Positions 31,150-43,947 are shown, counted from the first letter of the stretch. The stretch: DNA of 64,000 bases from Trueperaceae bacterium (GCA_034520945.1 JAXHNB010000010.1:96001-160000), one strand, 5' to 3'. Notes: a model not told the origin generated them from the letters alone. Made by a program: numbers and translations.

Positions 31150-32052
31150 TCAGCCCCACTCGAAGCCGGTGGCCAGGCGTACGCCCTCCCCCACCAGCGC
31201 GTGCTGGGCGGTTTGGTACGTCATGCGGGTCAGGTTCCGGGCGAGGCTCAGACCGGCCGCGTTCAGTGCGTCCGTCGTCGGCTCACGGCGCGGCGCGTCC
31301 ATGAACACCGGCGCGCCGTCCAAGGCGGTGGCGGCGGCGCGGAGCAGCGCCGCGAACGCCGCGTCGCTCGAGGCCACCGCCGGGCCGAGGTGCCAGTGCG
31401 TCCGGCCGGGCCGCAGCCAGGCGTGCCCCGTAGGGCCGTCATCGTCGCGGGTCACCCAGGCGCGCACGTCCGGCTCGTCCGCCAGGTGCTGCAACAAGGC
31501 GCTGCGGTCCACCTCCAGTACGCGGCGGTCCAGCGCGGAGACGGCGGCAAGGTCCGAAGCGCGAAGCGCGTCGGCCTGCAGCGCGCCCCGTGCCGCGTGC
31601 GCATCCATCCGCTGGGCCGCGTCCGAACCCTGCAGGTGGCCCGACCAGCGGTCGATGGGTCCGACGGGCACGAAGCCGTTCCGGCGGTACAACCCCGCCC
31701 CGTACTCCGTCGCGTCCAGCCCCACGCACGCAGGTTGGGCGGCCAGGGAGGCCTCCATCAGGCGCCCGAAGATGGCGCCGCCCACGCCACGCCCGCGGTA
31801 GGCCGGGTCGACCAGCACCATGCCGATCCAGTGCACGGCGCGCCCGAAGGCGACGTAGGTGGCGCTGGCGATCAAGCGCCCCTCGTGCCAAGCGCCCAGC
31901 GCCCCTTCGGGCTGCAGGTCCAGCAATCGGCGCCAGTCGCCTTCGGTCTGGTTCCAGCCCGCCTGATCGGAGAGGTGCAGCGCGTCCGGCACGTCTTGGG
32001 ATCGGAGCGCGGCGAACCGCAGGTCGTCCGGCGCGTTCGATGGGCGCGTCAT
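31150..32052 (-). CDS. GNAT acetyltransferase (two-domain)
   Basis: GWNQT..DW, IGMVLVDPAYRGRGVG, LDAT..G..LY...GF. Confidence 0.85.
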   Translation of the reverse strand: MTRPSNAPDDLRFAALRSQDVPDALHLSDQAGWNQTEGDWRRLLDLQPEGALGAWHEGRLIASATYVAFGRAVHWIGMVLVDPAYRGRGVGGAIFGRLMEASLAAQPACVGLDATEYGAGLYRRNGFVPVGPIDRWSGHLQGSDAAQRMDAHAARGALQADALRASDLAAVSALDRRVLEVDRSALLQHLADEPDVRAWVTRDDDGPTGHAWLRPGRTHWHLGPAVASSDAAFAALLRAAATALDGAPVFMDAPRREPTTDALNAAGLSLARNLTRMTYQTAQHALVGEGVRLATGFEWG

Positions 32053-32089
32053 GCGCCGCGGCGGGCGGAGCGCGGGCGGCCGGCGCCCT

Positions 32090-33151
32090 TCACGCCAGCC
32101 ACGTGTCCAGGTGGGCCGCGACGAACGCGTCGTCGTGCAGCTCCGGGTACTGGCGGTAGACGCGGTCGATCTCCTCCTTCTGGCCGGGCGAAAGGCCCTC
32201 GTCGGGGTCCAGGCACCACACCCCTTCGAGAAGCCCCTGACGGCGCAGCACCTCGTGCACGCCCGCGATCACGCCGTGAAACCCGTTGGCCGCGTCGAAC
32301 ACCGCCGCGTTCACGTCGGTCCAGGCGGCGTTGCGGCGCAGCAGGTCCGCCGGCACGCTATCGCCGTCACGAACGGCGCGGATCTCCTCCATCAACGCCA
32401 CGGCCGACCGGGTCCACACCGCCCATTGCCCCAGCAGCCCGCCGACGATGCGCTTGTCGATCGTGCCGCCCTCTACGGGGATCCGGAACGGCGTCAGCAG
32501 GTCGGCCACGATGTTGTCGTCGTTGCCGGTGTAGAGCGCGATCTCGTCGCGGCGGCTGGAGGCGCACACCGCCCGGACCACGTCCAGCGTGCGGTAGCGG
32601 TCGAACGGTGCGATCTTGATCGCCAGCACGCCGGGGATCTCGGCGAACGCCCGCCAGAATGCGTAGCTGAGCACGCGTCCGCCGACGGCGGTCTGCAGGT
32701 AGAAGCCGACCAGGGGGATCACCTCGGCCACCGCCCGCGCGTGCACCAATAGGTCGTCCTCGGACCACTCATTCAGCCCGCCGAAACTCAGCAACCCCAG
32801 GTCGTAGCCGAGGTCGGCGGCCAGCTCGGCTTCGCGCACCGCCTGGTCCGTCGCGCCGCGGACACCGGCGATCTTCAGGAACGTCCGGTCGCCGGCCGCC
32901 TGGTCGGCGGTCTCGGCGGCCAGGCGCAGGACCGGCTCGAACAGGCCGACGGCGGGGTCGCGGATGGCGAACTGCGTGGTGTGCACGCCCACGGCGACGC
33001 CGCCCGCCCCCGCGGCGACGTAGTAGCGGGTCAGCGCCCGCTGCCGGCGTTCGTCCAGGCGCCGCTGCGCGGTCAACGCCAGAGGATGGGCGGGGATGAG
33101 CGTGCCCTCGTCGAGCAGCGCACGCTTGTCGGCTGAAAGCGTACGGGCCAC
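32090..33151 (-). CDS. Dihydrodipicolinate synthase (DapA)-like family protein
   Basis: IPAHPLAL, GVAVGVHTTQF, FYLQ, IKIAPF; TIM-barrel aldolase pattern. Confidence 0.75.
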   Translation of the reverse strand: MARTLSADKRALLDEGTLIPAHPLALTAQRRLDERRQRALTRYYVAAGAGGVAVGVHTTQFAIRDPAVGLFEPVLRLAAETADQAAGDRTFLKIAGVRGATDQAVREAELAADLGYDLGLLSFGGLNEWSEDDLLVHARAVAEVIPLVGFYLQTAVGGRVLSYAFWRAFAEIPGVLAIKIAPFDRYRTLDVVRAVCASSRRDEIALYTGNDDNIVADLLTPFRIPVEGGTIDKRIVGGLLGQWAVWTRSAVALMEEIRAVRDGDSVPADLLRRNAAWTDVNAAVFDAANGFHGVIAGVHEVLRRQGLLEGVWCLDPDEGLSPGQKEEIDRVYRQYPELHDDAFVAAHLDTWLA

Positions 33152-34177
33152 CTAGAACGCCCCCGTGCGCTCTTGAAAGTGCGTGGGCTTGTCCAGCGTC
33201 TCGCCGCCGTGGCGCACCCAGGCCGCCACCCAGTCGATCATGCGTCCCAGCGTCACCTTGGGGTAGCCGAACGCCTGGTGGCACTTCGTGGCGTTGTTCA
33301 GCAGGGCGGTCTCTTGTTCCTCGTGCACGAAGCTCGGTTCCACCCCGAAGCGCGCGCCGAACGCCTCCGCCAACCAGCGGACCGACGTCATTTCGGGGCC
33401 GGTCAGGTTCAGGACGAACGGCGGGACGTCACAGTGCAGCAGCGAGCGGAGGGCGACCTCGTTGGCGTCCCCCTGCCAAATCACGTTCACGTGGCCCATC
33501 CGCAGGTCCACCGGCTGCCCGTTGGCGACGGCGCGGGCGACGTCCAGCAGCACGCCGTAGCGCAGCTCGTTGGCGTAGTTCAGGCGCAGCAGGGCGACGG
33601 GGGTGCCGTCTCGTTCGGCGAAGTGCTCGAAGATCCGTTCGCGGCCGAGGACGGACTGGGCGTACTCACCTACGGGGCCAGTCGGGTCGTGCTCGGTGGG
33701 ACCGCCGCGCGTGAGGGGGGTGAGGGGGTACACGTTTCCGCTGGAGAAGGCGACGATGCGCGCGCCGCGAAACCGTTCCGCCACCCGGCCGGGCAGGTAG
33801 GCGTTCATCGCCCAGGTGAGGTGCTCGCGCCCGACGGTGCCGAACTTCATGGCCGCCATGTAGATCAGGTTCGGAACGTCCGGCAGGTCGCGCAGTTGGG
33901 CCTCGTCCAACAGGTCCGCGCGGACCGTGTCCACGCCCGCGGCCTGCAGCCTCGCCTCCACCTGGCCGCTCGAGAAGCGCGACACGGCGACGACCCGCGC
34001 CTCGGAGCCCGCCTGGCGCAAGGCGTTCTTCGCCAGCATCGCCAGGCTGGGCCCCATCTTGCCGGCCGCGCCCAGCACCATGACGTCGCCCTCCACGCGC
34101 GCCATGTCCTCGACGAGCTCGGGCGAGGGCTCGGCCAGGACGGACTCCAGCTGCTCAGTCGTCAGGATGTCGTGCAT
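33152..34177 (-). CDS. NAD-dependent epimerase/dehydratase
   Basis: LGAAGKMG, FSSGNVY, GEYAQS..GRE, LRLNYA. Confidence 0.8.
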   Translation of the reverse strand: MHDILTTEQLESVLAEPSPELVEDMARVEGDVMVLGAAGKMGPSLAMLAKNALRQAGSEARVVAVSRFSSGQVEARLQAAGVDTVRADLLDEAQLRDLPDVPNLIYMAAMKFGTVGREHLTWAMNAYLPGRVAERFRGARIVAFSSGNVYPLTPLTRGGPTEHDPTGPVGEYAQSVLGRERIFEHFAERDGTPVALLRLNYANELRYGVLLDVARAVANGQPVDLRMGHVNVIWQGDANEVALRSLLHCDVPPFVLNLTGPEMTSVRWLAEAFGARFGVEPSFVHEEQETALLNNATKCHQAFGYPKVTLGRMIDWVAAWVRHGGETLDKPTHFQERTGAF

Positions 34178-34250
34178 GGGCTGCCTCCACGGGTGCTGGG
34201 CTCGGCACGCCAGCATCCGGGCGGCCGCGTCGGTCGTGCGTGTGGGCGGC

Positions 34251-35093
34251 TCAGGCGCGCCATGCCAAGGCCTCCTCGAGGCCCTGCAGATAGCCGATGG
34301 CGCGCGCCGCCGTGGTGGGGCCGTCCGGCTCGTACACGAACGGTTCCACGCTGACCGCGCCCGCGTAGTGGTGCCGCCTCAGGGCGTCCAGGACGCCTGC
34401 GAACGGATCGTCCCCCTGGCCGGGGCCGTGCCGGTTCTGATCGTTGAGGTGAACGTGCCGGATCATGCCGGCGGGCAGCCACCGGTCCAGCAACGCCTCG
34501 ACGGGCGTGTCGGGTTCGCTGATGCGGGCGGCGCGGCAGTCGACCATGGTGCGCACGGCGGGGCTGTCGATTTCGTCCACCAGCTCGGCCGCCTCCGCGA
34601 CGGTGTTGATGAATCGTGTCTCTCGGGTGGACAGCGGCTCGATGCAGTAGGTGACGCCGGCGGCCTCGGCGTGCGGCGCGATGGTCGCGAAGGCCTCGCG
34701 GCCACGGGCGGCGTCGCCTTCGGGGTCGGACGGGTCCAGGGCGCGCTGCTTCGGCGATCCGTGCACCAGCACGCGTCCCCCCAGGCCGGCGCACAGGTCG
34801 ATCAGGCCGCGCATCACGTCGAGGGTCCGCTGCCGGATCGCGGGGTCGGCCGTGGTGATGGAGAGCCCCTCGGGCGCCGTGAGCAGCCAATGCAGGCTCA
34901 CCACGCCGATGCCGGCGTCGGCGGCGTCGCGCCGGACGCGTTCCACCGTGGCGTCGGGCAGGCGGTGCGGCTCGTCGCCGAGGGTGAACGGGGCGATCTC
35001 GAGGCCGTCGTAGCCCAGCGAGGCGGCCAGGTCGCACTGCGCGGCGAACTCCAGGTCGCGCAGCACTTCATTGCAAAGTAGGCGTTCGATCAC
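34251..35093 (-). CDS. Sugar phosphate isomerase/epimerase (xylose isomerase-like TIM barrel)
   Basis: GYDGLEIAP, IEPL..ET.FINT, HVHLND, SVEPF. Confidence 0.85.
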   Translation of the reverse strand: MIERLLCNEVLRDLEFAAQCDLAASLGYDGLEIAPFTLGDEPHRLPDATVERVRRDAADAGIGVVSLHWLLTAPEGLSITTADPAIRQRTLDVMRGLIDLCAGLGGRVLVHGSPKQRALDPSDPEGDAARGREAFATIAPHAEAAGVTYCIEPLSTRETRFINTVAEAAELVDEIDSPAVRTMVDCRAARISEPDTPVEALLDRWLPAGMIRHVHLNDQNRHGPGQGDDPFAGVLDALRRHHYAGAVSVEPFVYEPDGPTTAARAIGYLQGLEEALAWRA

Positions 35094-35168
35094 GAGCTCC
35101 TTTCGGTAGGGGCACGGCAGGGTGGCAGACAGGCGCCCTTCAACGTTCCCGGTCCGACGACGAAGGCG

Positions 35169-36692
35169 TCAGCCGTCACCCTTCCCTTCTTCCTTGCTGC
35201 CGAACAGCTTGGCCCAAAGGCGGCCGATCCACGGCATGCCCAGCAGGAAGGTCACCAGGATGCTGCCCCACAGCGCGATGCTGATGGGGCGGGTGAAGAA
35301 CGGCTCCAGCGAGCCGCCCGAGAGCACCAGGCCGCGCCGCAGGTTCTCGTCCAGGATGGGACCCAGCACGACGCCCAGGATCAGCGGCGCCATCGGGAAG
35401 CCGCGCTCGCGCAGCACGAAGCCGAGGATGCCGAACAGCAGCATCACCCAGATGTCGAAGGTGCGGCTGGCGATCGCGAACGCGCCGACGGTGCACAGGA
35501 CGAAGATGATCGGCATCAGCTTGTTGCGGGGGGCGCGCAGCACCAGCAGCAGCGGCTTGGTCAGCAACAGCCCGAACAACAGCGTCGCCAGGCTGGCGAA
35601 CATGACCATGGCCGTCACCTCGTACACGAAGCTGGGCGACTCGATCATGATCAGCGGGCCGGGCCGGATGCCGTGAATGAACAGCGCCGCCAGCAGCACC
35701 GCGGCGGGGGCGGATCCGGGCACCGCCAGGGTGAGCACCGGGATCAGCGCGCCCGGCACGGCCGCGTTGTTGCCGGCCTCGGCGCTCATCAGGCCTTCGA
35801 TCGATCCCTTGCCGTACTTCTCCTTCTCCTTGCTGCTGCTGCGGGCCAGCGCGTAGGACACCCAGGCGCCCATGTCCTCGCCCACGCCGGGGATCAGCCC
35901 CATCAGGGTGCCGGTCACGCCGGAGCGGATGATGGTCTTCCAGTGCTGCAGCACCTCGCGAATGCGCGGGATCACGGAGTCGGCCGCGTCCTTGACGACC
36001 TCGTACGCGGGGTTCTTCATCACCATCAGGATCTCGGCGAACCCGAACAGGCCGACCAGCACCGGCAGCAGGTCGAAGCCGCCCGCCAGGTTGGTGTCGC
36101 CGTAGGCGAAGCGCGCGTAGGCGTAGACCGTTTCCTGCCCCACCATCGCCACCAGCAGCCCCAGGAACCCCGCGATCCAGCCCTTGAGCGGATCGTCGAG
36201 GGCGGTCAAGCGGCCGGAGATCACCACCCCGAACACCGCCAGCCAGAAGAACTCGAACGACTGGAACCGCAGCGCCGCTTCGGCCAGCAGGGGGGCGATG
36301 GTGGCCAGCAGGACCATGCCGATGAGCGAACCCAGCACGGAGCCCGAGGTGGCGATGCCCATCGCCCGTCCGGCCTTGCCCTGCCGGGCCAAGGGGAAGC
36401 CGTCCAACGCCGTGGCGGCATTCGCTGGCGTTCCCGGGATGTTGAGCAGGATGGCGCTGCGGCTGCCGCCGTAGATGGCGCCGACGTACATGCAGATCAA
36501 GATCAGGATCGCGTCGTTGGTGGGCAGCCCGAACGTCAGGGTGGTCAAGAGCGCCACCCCCAGCGTGGCGGTCAGGCCGGGCAGCATCCCGACGCTGATA
36601 CCGAGCAGCGTGGCCCACAACACGTTGAAGATAGACTCGAAGCCGAGAAAGCTGACGACGGCTGCAGCGAAATAGCCTAGTCCCTCGAACAC
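35169..36692 (-). CDS. tctA: Tripartite tricarboxylate transporter permease
   Basis: GMLPGLTAT, YGGSRSAILLNIPGTP, DGFPLA..G, AEAGNNA, LAVPGS. Confidence 0.92.
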   Translation of the reverse strand: MFEGLGYFAAAVVSFLGFESIFNVLWATLLGISVGMLPGLTATLGVALLTTLTFGLPTNDAILILICMYVGAIYGGSRSAILLNIPGTPANAATALDGFPLARQGKAGRAMGIATSGSVLGSLIGMVLLATIAPLLAEAALRFQSFEFFWLAVFGVVISGRLTALDDPLKGWIAGFLGLLVAMVGQETVYAYARFAYGDTNLAGGFDLLPVLVGLFGFAEILMVMKNPAYEVVKDAADSVIPRIREVLQHWKTIIRSGVTGTLMGLIPGVGEDMGAWVSYALARSSSKEKEKYGKGSIEGLMSAEAGNNAAVPGALIPVLTLAVPGSAPAAVLLAALFIHGIRPGPLIMIESPSFVYEVTAMVMFASLATLLFGLLLTKPLLLVLRAPRNKLMPIIFVLCTVGAFAIASRTFDIWVMLLFGILGFVLRERGFPMAPLILGVVLGPILDENLRRGLVLSGGSLEPFFTRPISIALWGSILVTFLLGMPWIGRLWAKLFGSKEEGKGDG

Positions 36693-36710
36693 GGGTGCAC
36701 GACTCCTGCG

Positions 36711-37214
36711 CTAGGGAAGGTTGACGAGGAAGATCTCCTCGAACACGAATGCCACGCCGAAGGCGACGGGGAGCGCCACGGCGACCGCGACGGCCAAGCG
36801 CCGCAGCCGAACGCCGAGGGGGTCGCCGGCCTGCCAGTCGAACGCGGCGACGGCTACGAACACGAACACGAACGTGGCCAGCCAGAACGGCATCCGGCCG
36901 ACCAGCCCGCCGGCGTACCCGACGCTCAAGGCGAGCATGAGCAGAAGGCGGCGGGCGCCTTCGCCCGTGCCGCCTTCCTGCTCACCTGCCGGGCCGGCGT
37001 CGTCTCGGAGCGCCCCCTGCCGAAGGGAGCGCACCAGCATCACCAGCCCGAACGCTGCGATCACGAGGCCGAGGAGGCCGGGGACCAGGCCCGGCGCGGT
37101 GGCCAGGCTGCCGCCGATTTGTTCGAAGCGTGGCATGCGCCACGATTCGACGGTGACGGCGACGCCGAACGCGGTCAGCACCAGTGAGGTGACGAAGTCG
37201 GTCTTGGCGTTCAC
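36711..37214 (-). CDS. tctB: Tripartite tricarboxylate transporter small subunit
   Basis: Four TM helices, terminal F...FLVNLP; lies between tctC and tctA. Confidence 0.85.
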   Translation of the reverse strand: MNAKTDFVTSLVLTAFGVAVTVESWRMPRFEQIGGSLATAPGLVPGLLGLVIAAFGLVMLVRSLRQGALRDDAGPAGEQEGGTGEGARRLLLMLALSVGYAGGLVGRMPFWLATFVFVFVAVAAFDWQAGDPLGVRLRRLAVAVAVALPVAFGVAFVFEEIFLVNLP

Positions 37215-37268
37215 TGTTGCCTACACGTCCTCCTGCACGTACGTCCCTCGGCCTCGGCGCTCAGGGCG

Positions 37269-38288
37269 TCACTCCGGGCGCGGGATGCCGACTTCGCTAG
37301 GCTCGATGGGGGCCTTGTCCCCGTCGTACAGCGTCCAGGCCTGATGCTGGATGCTGGGCCATGCCTTCTCTGCGGCCTCTTCGCCGTAGATGGGCGTGAA
37401 CAGCGCGCCGCGCTCCTGGGCGTAGCTCTGCAGCGCCTCGGAGTTCACGATGACGTCCTCCCACACCTGGTTCATGGTCTCGACGACCTCGTCGGGGATG
37501 CCGACGGGCGCCCAGATGCCGAAGTAGTTCATCGGGATCGACATGTCGGGCAGCCACTGCGTGATCGGGGGGATCTCGCCGTAGCCCTCGATGGTGAGCG
37601 GCTGGTCGCTGTACGCCGCCAAGGGGCGGATTCGGTCGGCGCGGATCATTTCGGCCTGTTCGACGGCCAGCTGGGTGGTGACCTCGGCCTCGCCGGAGAC
37701 GGTCGCGATCACGGCCGGGTTGCCGCCGTCGTAGGAGACGTGGTTGTACTCGACGCCGGTGGCCTGCGCGATGTTCTCCATCACGGTGTGCCCGGCGGAG
37801 GACAGGCCGGCCGTGGCGACGGACACCTCGCCGGGGTTGGCTTCCATCGCGTCCAGCAGGTCCTGGAAGTCCTCGTAGGGCGTGCCCGGGTTCACGCCGA
37901 CGACGCCGGTGTTGGCGACGTCGAAGTAGAGGTGCCAGTCGTCGATGCTGGTGTTCAACATGTCCAGCACAGGGTAGGTCCCGAGGTCGCGCACGGCGCC
38001 GGCGGCCCAGGTGTAGCCGTCGCGGTCGGCCTCCCAGGCGTTGGTGGTGCCGATCGAGCCGCTGGCGCCGGGTTGGTTGACGACCACGACGCTGGTACCG
38101 AGGGCGCCTTCGAGTTCGGACGCCACGATGCGGGTCACCTGGTCGGTCGAGCCGCCGGCGGCCCAGGGCACGATGATGTTGATCGGTCGGGTCGGCTCCC
38201 AGGGGTAGTCGTTCTGGGCGAGGGCAGCGCCGGACACCAGTCCGACCGCCACCATGAGTGCGAATGCCGTCTTGATCAGTCGTTGCAC
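37269..38288 (-). CDS. tctC: Tripartite tricarboxylate transporter substrate-binding protein
   Basis: Signal peptide, P.RPINIIVPWAAGGSTD, VVNQPGASG, YDGG. Confidence 0.9.
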   Translation of the reverse strand: MQRLIKTAFALMVAVGLVSGAALAQNDYPWEPTRPINIIVPWAAGGSTDQVTRIVASELEGALGTSVVVVNQPGASGSIGTTNAWEADRDGYTWAAGAVRDLGTYPVLDMLNTSIDDWHLYFDVANTGVVGVNPGTPYEDFQDLLDAMEANPGEVSVATAGLSSAGHTVMENIAQATGVEYNHVSYDGGNPAVIATVSGEAEVTTQLAVEQAEMIRADRIRPLAAYSDQPLTIEGYGEIPPITQWLPDMSIPMNYFGIWAPVGIPDEVVETMNQVWEDVIVNSEALQSYAQERGALFTPIYGEEAAEKAWPSIQHQAWTLYDGDKAPIEPSEVGIPRPE

Positions 38289-38343
38289 GTGGGTCTCCTT
38301 CTTGCCTCTCGGCAGATGGGAATGGCTCGGCGTTTCTCCGTCC

Positions 38344-38358
38344 AAGCGTTAACGTTCA
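38344..38358. promoter_or_regulatory. Putative LacI-family operator
   Basis: Near-palindrome AGCGTTAACGTT about 55 nt upstream of tctC. Confidence 0.4.
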
Positions 38359-38739
38359 CGCGTCGCGCGCGGTCCAGCACTGATCCAGGCGCATCGCCTC
38401 CCTTCCCGGTCGCTCGCTACGTGCCACGAAGGTAGCATCCGAACGTGCTCGCACGTCGATCCGCGGGGATCGCTTCCGTACAAGACAACAAGAGGGAAGT
38501 CGTGAACGACCGGGACGACTTCGTATCGTCGCCGCTCGAACCTTCTGCCACGCTTCCGTTCTTGAGGAGCGAAGATATCACGGCGGGATCGGGCGGTCAA
38601 CGCACCCGCACGCCCGCGCGACACGTGGGATCGGTTGCCGTCACCGGGGCGCAGGGATCGAGCTCGAAGCCGGCGCGCCGTCGCGAATTCGGCTCTGCGG
38701 GTTCGAGGCGCCTCGAAAACGACCTTGGAACGTCCGGGG

Positions 38740-39087
38740 TCAGGGACCGTCGCTGCCCAGCACCTCTCCGCGGTGCACGATGCCGGCCACGCGGGGGACG
38801 TCGAGCAGGAACACGATGCCCTTGCCGGGCTCGTCCAGCTTGCCGGCCTTCACCATCGCGTTCAGCACCGAATCGGCCACGGCGTTGGACACCAACACCA
38901 GCAGGACGTCCTTTTCCGGTTCGATCGGCAGGCCGAACAGCTTTTGACCTTCGTGCACGCCGGTGCCGCGTCCGGGCACGATGGTCGCGCCCTCCGAGCC
39001 GGCCTTCTTGGCGGCCTCGACCAACGGACCGTAGCGGCCTTGCGGCACGATGGCGACGAGCAGCTTGAAACGGGCAGCGTCAGACAT
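38740..39087 (-). CDS. P-II-like protein
   Basis: AAKKAGSEGATI..GRGTG, EPEKD, PGKGIVF. Confidence 0.85.
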   Translation of the reverse strand: MSDAARFKLLVAIVPQGRYGPLVEAAKKAGSEGATIVPGRGTGVHEGQKLFGLPIEPEKDVLLVLVSNAVADSVLNAMVKAGKLDEPGKGIVFLLDVPRVAGIVHRGEVLGSDGP

Positions 39088-39802
39088 GGTTGTCCCTCCG
39101 GCGGAGTGCGAGGCTCAGCGCGAGCATGGTGATGATCGGCCCGAGGGCGATGATGCCCACCACCCCGAACCCGAGCGACCCGACGTCCTGGCCCCACAGG
39201 CCCATCGCCATGCCGGTGGTGAGCGGCAGTACGAAGTTCACGGCGACCGGGCCGGTGGCGACGGCCCCCGCGTCGAAGGCGGCCGGTACCAGGTCGCGGG
39301 GCGCCAGCAGGGTGAGCACGATCACCAGCGCATAGCCCGGCGTCAGCACCGCGGTCAGCGGCAGGCCCGCCGTGATCCGCACCACGGCGACCGCGATCGC
39401 AAGGCCGACGCCGAGGGCGATCGCCGCCGTGACCACGCGCCTGCGCATCGAGCCGGCGGAGACGTCCTCGATCTCCAGCGCCAGGATCCGCACGGCCGGC
39501 TCTGCCAGCGCCACGGCCGTGCCCAGAATGAAGGCGAACCCCACCACGCTGAGCAGCGGCGCGTCGACCAGGCGTTCGCCGATCGCGACGCCCATGGGGA
39601 TCAGGCTCATCTTCGCCCCTACGATGAACAGGAAGAAGCCGACCATCGCCATTGCGATGCCGGTGATTACGGCTCGGGGGTTTCGTACGCCGCTGCGCAG
39701 CACCACGAACTGGAAGAAGGCGATCAGGACCAGGACCGGCACGGTGGCCTCGATCACTTCGATTCCGGCGTCCAGCACGATGTGCGCGATGTCGGTGGTC
39801 AT
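39080..39802 (-). CDS. DUF1538 membrane protein
   Basis: AEPAV, PGY, AFDAGAVATGP, GFG. Confidence 0.85.
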   Translation of the reverse strand: MTTDIAHIVLDAGIEVIEATVPVLVLIAFFQFVVLRSGVRNPRAVITGIAMAMVGFFLFIVGAKMSLIPMGVAIGERLVDAPLLSVVGFAFILGTAVALAEPAVRILALEIEDVSAGSMRRRVVTAAIALGVGLAIAVAVVRITAGLPLTAVLTPGYALVIVLTLLAPRDLVPAAFDAGAVATGPVAVNFVLPLTTGMAMGLWGQDVGSLGFGVVGIIALGPIITMLALSLALRRRDNHV

Positions 39803-40503
39803 CCGCTCCCTCCGAACATGCCCCAGAGGAGGACCATGAGCACGGGGCCGATCGATGCGATGGCCATCAGGCCGAAGCTGGACCCCATGCGGCTCCGCCC
39901 GCCCAGCACCGCGGACACGCCGACGCCCAGGGCGATCAGGAACGGCACCGTCATCGGCCCGGTCGTCACCGCGCCCAGATCGAAGGCCTGCGTGACGACG
40001 TCGTCGCGGGCGAACCAGCTGAGCGCCACCACGAGCACGTAGCCGGGCACGAGGAAATACGCGATCGGGATCGCGAACGCGTTTCGGATCAGCGCCAGCA
40101 CCGAGAACAGGCCCAGACCCGCGGCCGCCGCAGCGATCAACGCGCCGCGGTTCACGGCGTCACCGACGGATTCCTGCAGTTGAAAGGTCAGCAGGCGCAC
40201 GTCCGGTTCGGCGACGGTCAGCACGATGCCGAGCAGGAACCCGAACACCAGCAACAGCGTGAACGCGCGGCGTTGGATGAAGGCCGAGCCGATCCCTTCG
40301 CCCAGGGGGAGCAGCCCGAGCTTGGCCCCCTGCAGGAACAGCACGAAGCCGGTGACGGTGCAGACCAGTCCGACCAGGACCTGGGCGAATTCGGCCGCCG
40401 GCATGCGAAGCACGAAGACCTGCGCCGCGATCATGAACGCGATCGCGGGCGCCAAAGAGACGGAGGTTTCGATCAGTTCGCGCCGGAGGTCGCCGAAGCT
40501 CAT
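39799..40503 (-). CDS. DUF1538 membrane protein
   Basis: AEPDV, AFDLGAVTTGPMTVPFLIALGVG, SFGL.A.ASIGP. Confidence 0.87.
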   Translation of the reverse strand: MSFGDLRRELIETSVSLAPAIAFMIAAQVFVLRMPAAEFAQVLVGLVCTVTGFVLFLQGAKLGLLPLGEGIGSAFIQRRAFTLLLVFGFLLGIVLTVAEPDVRLLTFQLQESVGDAVNRGALIAAAAAGLGLFSVLALIRNAFAIPIAYFLVPGYVLVVALSWFARDDVVTQAFDLGAVTTGPMTVPFLIALGVGVSAVLGGRSRMGSSFGLMAIASIGPVLMVLLWGMFGGSG

Positions 40504-40680
40504 GCCGGACGCGCGTAGCCACGCGTCGGCGGTCGCCGTCCGGCGTCACGCACCGCCTGCCGTCCAGGTGCCACACGCAGTCGCTCCGCGTGACCCGTTG
40601 GAGTCTGCATACGCCTCCCCTCGCGCTACATTCTAGCGTGCGAGGGGCCGACGCGATCGACGTACGTCAGCGCCGCGACG

Positions 40681-40896
40681 TCAGGCGTCGCGCCGTACGT
40701 TGCGGCCGGTACGAACCCCGAACAGGGTGTATAGGGGACAGAACCCCGCCGCCGCCGTGACGAGAAGCACCGCCCCGACGATGCCGATGGCCCAACTCCA
40801 TCCCAGCGGCACCACGCCCACGAGCGCCACTACGAGCGCAATGGCCCCCAGAAGGGCACGGATTCCTCGGTCCAGGCCAGCCATGTTTCGCGTCAT
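40681..40896 (-). CDS. DUF2892 (YgaP-like) membrane protein
   Basis: NM...DR.IR..G, T...GFCPLY..FG..T; RBS AAGGAGG. Confidence 0.85.
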   Translation of the reverse strand: MTRNMAGLDRGIRALLGAIALVVALVGVVPLGWSWAIGIVGAVLLVTAAAGFCPLYTLFGVRTGRNVRRDA

Positions 40897-41017
40897 GGGT
40901 GTCCTCCTTCGAGGTCGACGATAGAACGCACACGCACGCCTCGTAAGGGCCAAAAGGCCTTGTCGAGCGGGGAGGCGTGGGGGGTACGCAGCGTCCGCGC
41001 CCAGGACGTATAGCCCC

Positions 41018-41046
41018 TTGCCACCCCACCGGGGGTGGGTTAACCT
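41018..41046 (+). promoter_or_regulatory. copA promoter with CsoR-like operator
   Basis: TTGCCA-17-TAACCT with palindrome CCACCCC-ACCG-GGGGTGG (41021-41038) spanning the spacer. Confidence 0.65.
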
Positions 41047-41110
41047 CACAGCACGACGGACGGGACGGCACGCCCCACGACGGGGCCGCCGGAGTCCCCT
41101 GGGAGGTCAA

Positions 41111-43612
<2,502 letters not shown>

Positions 43613-43623
43613 GGGGCCGCCTC

Positions 43624-43794
43624 GAGCCACGCCTGCGCGCGGCGGATGAAGCGCACCCGTTCCGCTGCAGCCGCGGGAAAGGTGCGGTACCCACGGGCGC
43701 TGCGCTGGGCCTGCAACGCCCCGCGTTCCTTTCAATAGCGCAACGTCTTGACGCTCTCGCCGGTTTCGCGTGCACGCTGTCCGATCGGCTTCAT
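43624..43794 (-). pseudogene. MerR-family regulator remnant
   Basis: MKPIGQRARETGESVKTLRY*KERGALQAQRSARGYRTF...ERVRFIRRAQA; in-frame TGA at 43732-43734 and no effector domain. Confidence 0.75.
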
Positions 43795-43947
43795 GGGCGC
43801 ATTGCGCCACCGTTGCTGGCCTCCTGCAGTGCGCGGGCCAGCGTCCGCCGGCTGGGCCATCCGCGCAGGTACAGGAGCTCGACCTGGATCATGCCGCGAG
43901 GCTACGGCTCCCCCGCGGGGGAGCGTCGAGCGCCCGTGGCCCAGCGG

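Noticed and set aside
43732..43734. In-frame TGA in the MerR-like sequence as selenocysteine or recoding
   Set aside because: The position is normally aromatic (W/Y), not Cys, and the gene is also truncated; TGA is a normal stop throughout the window.
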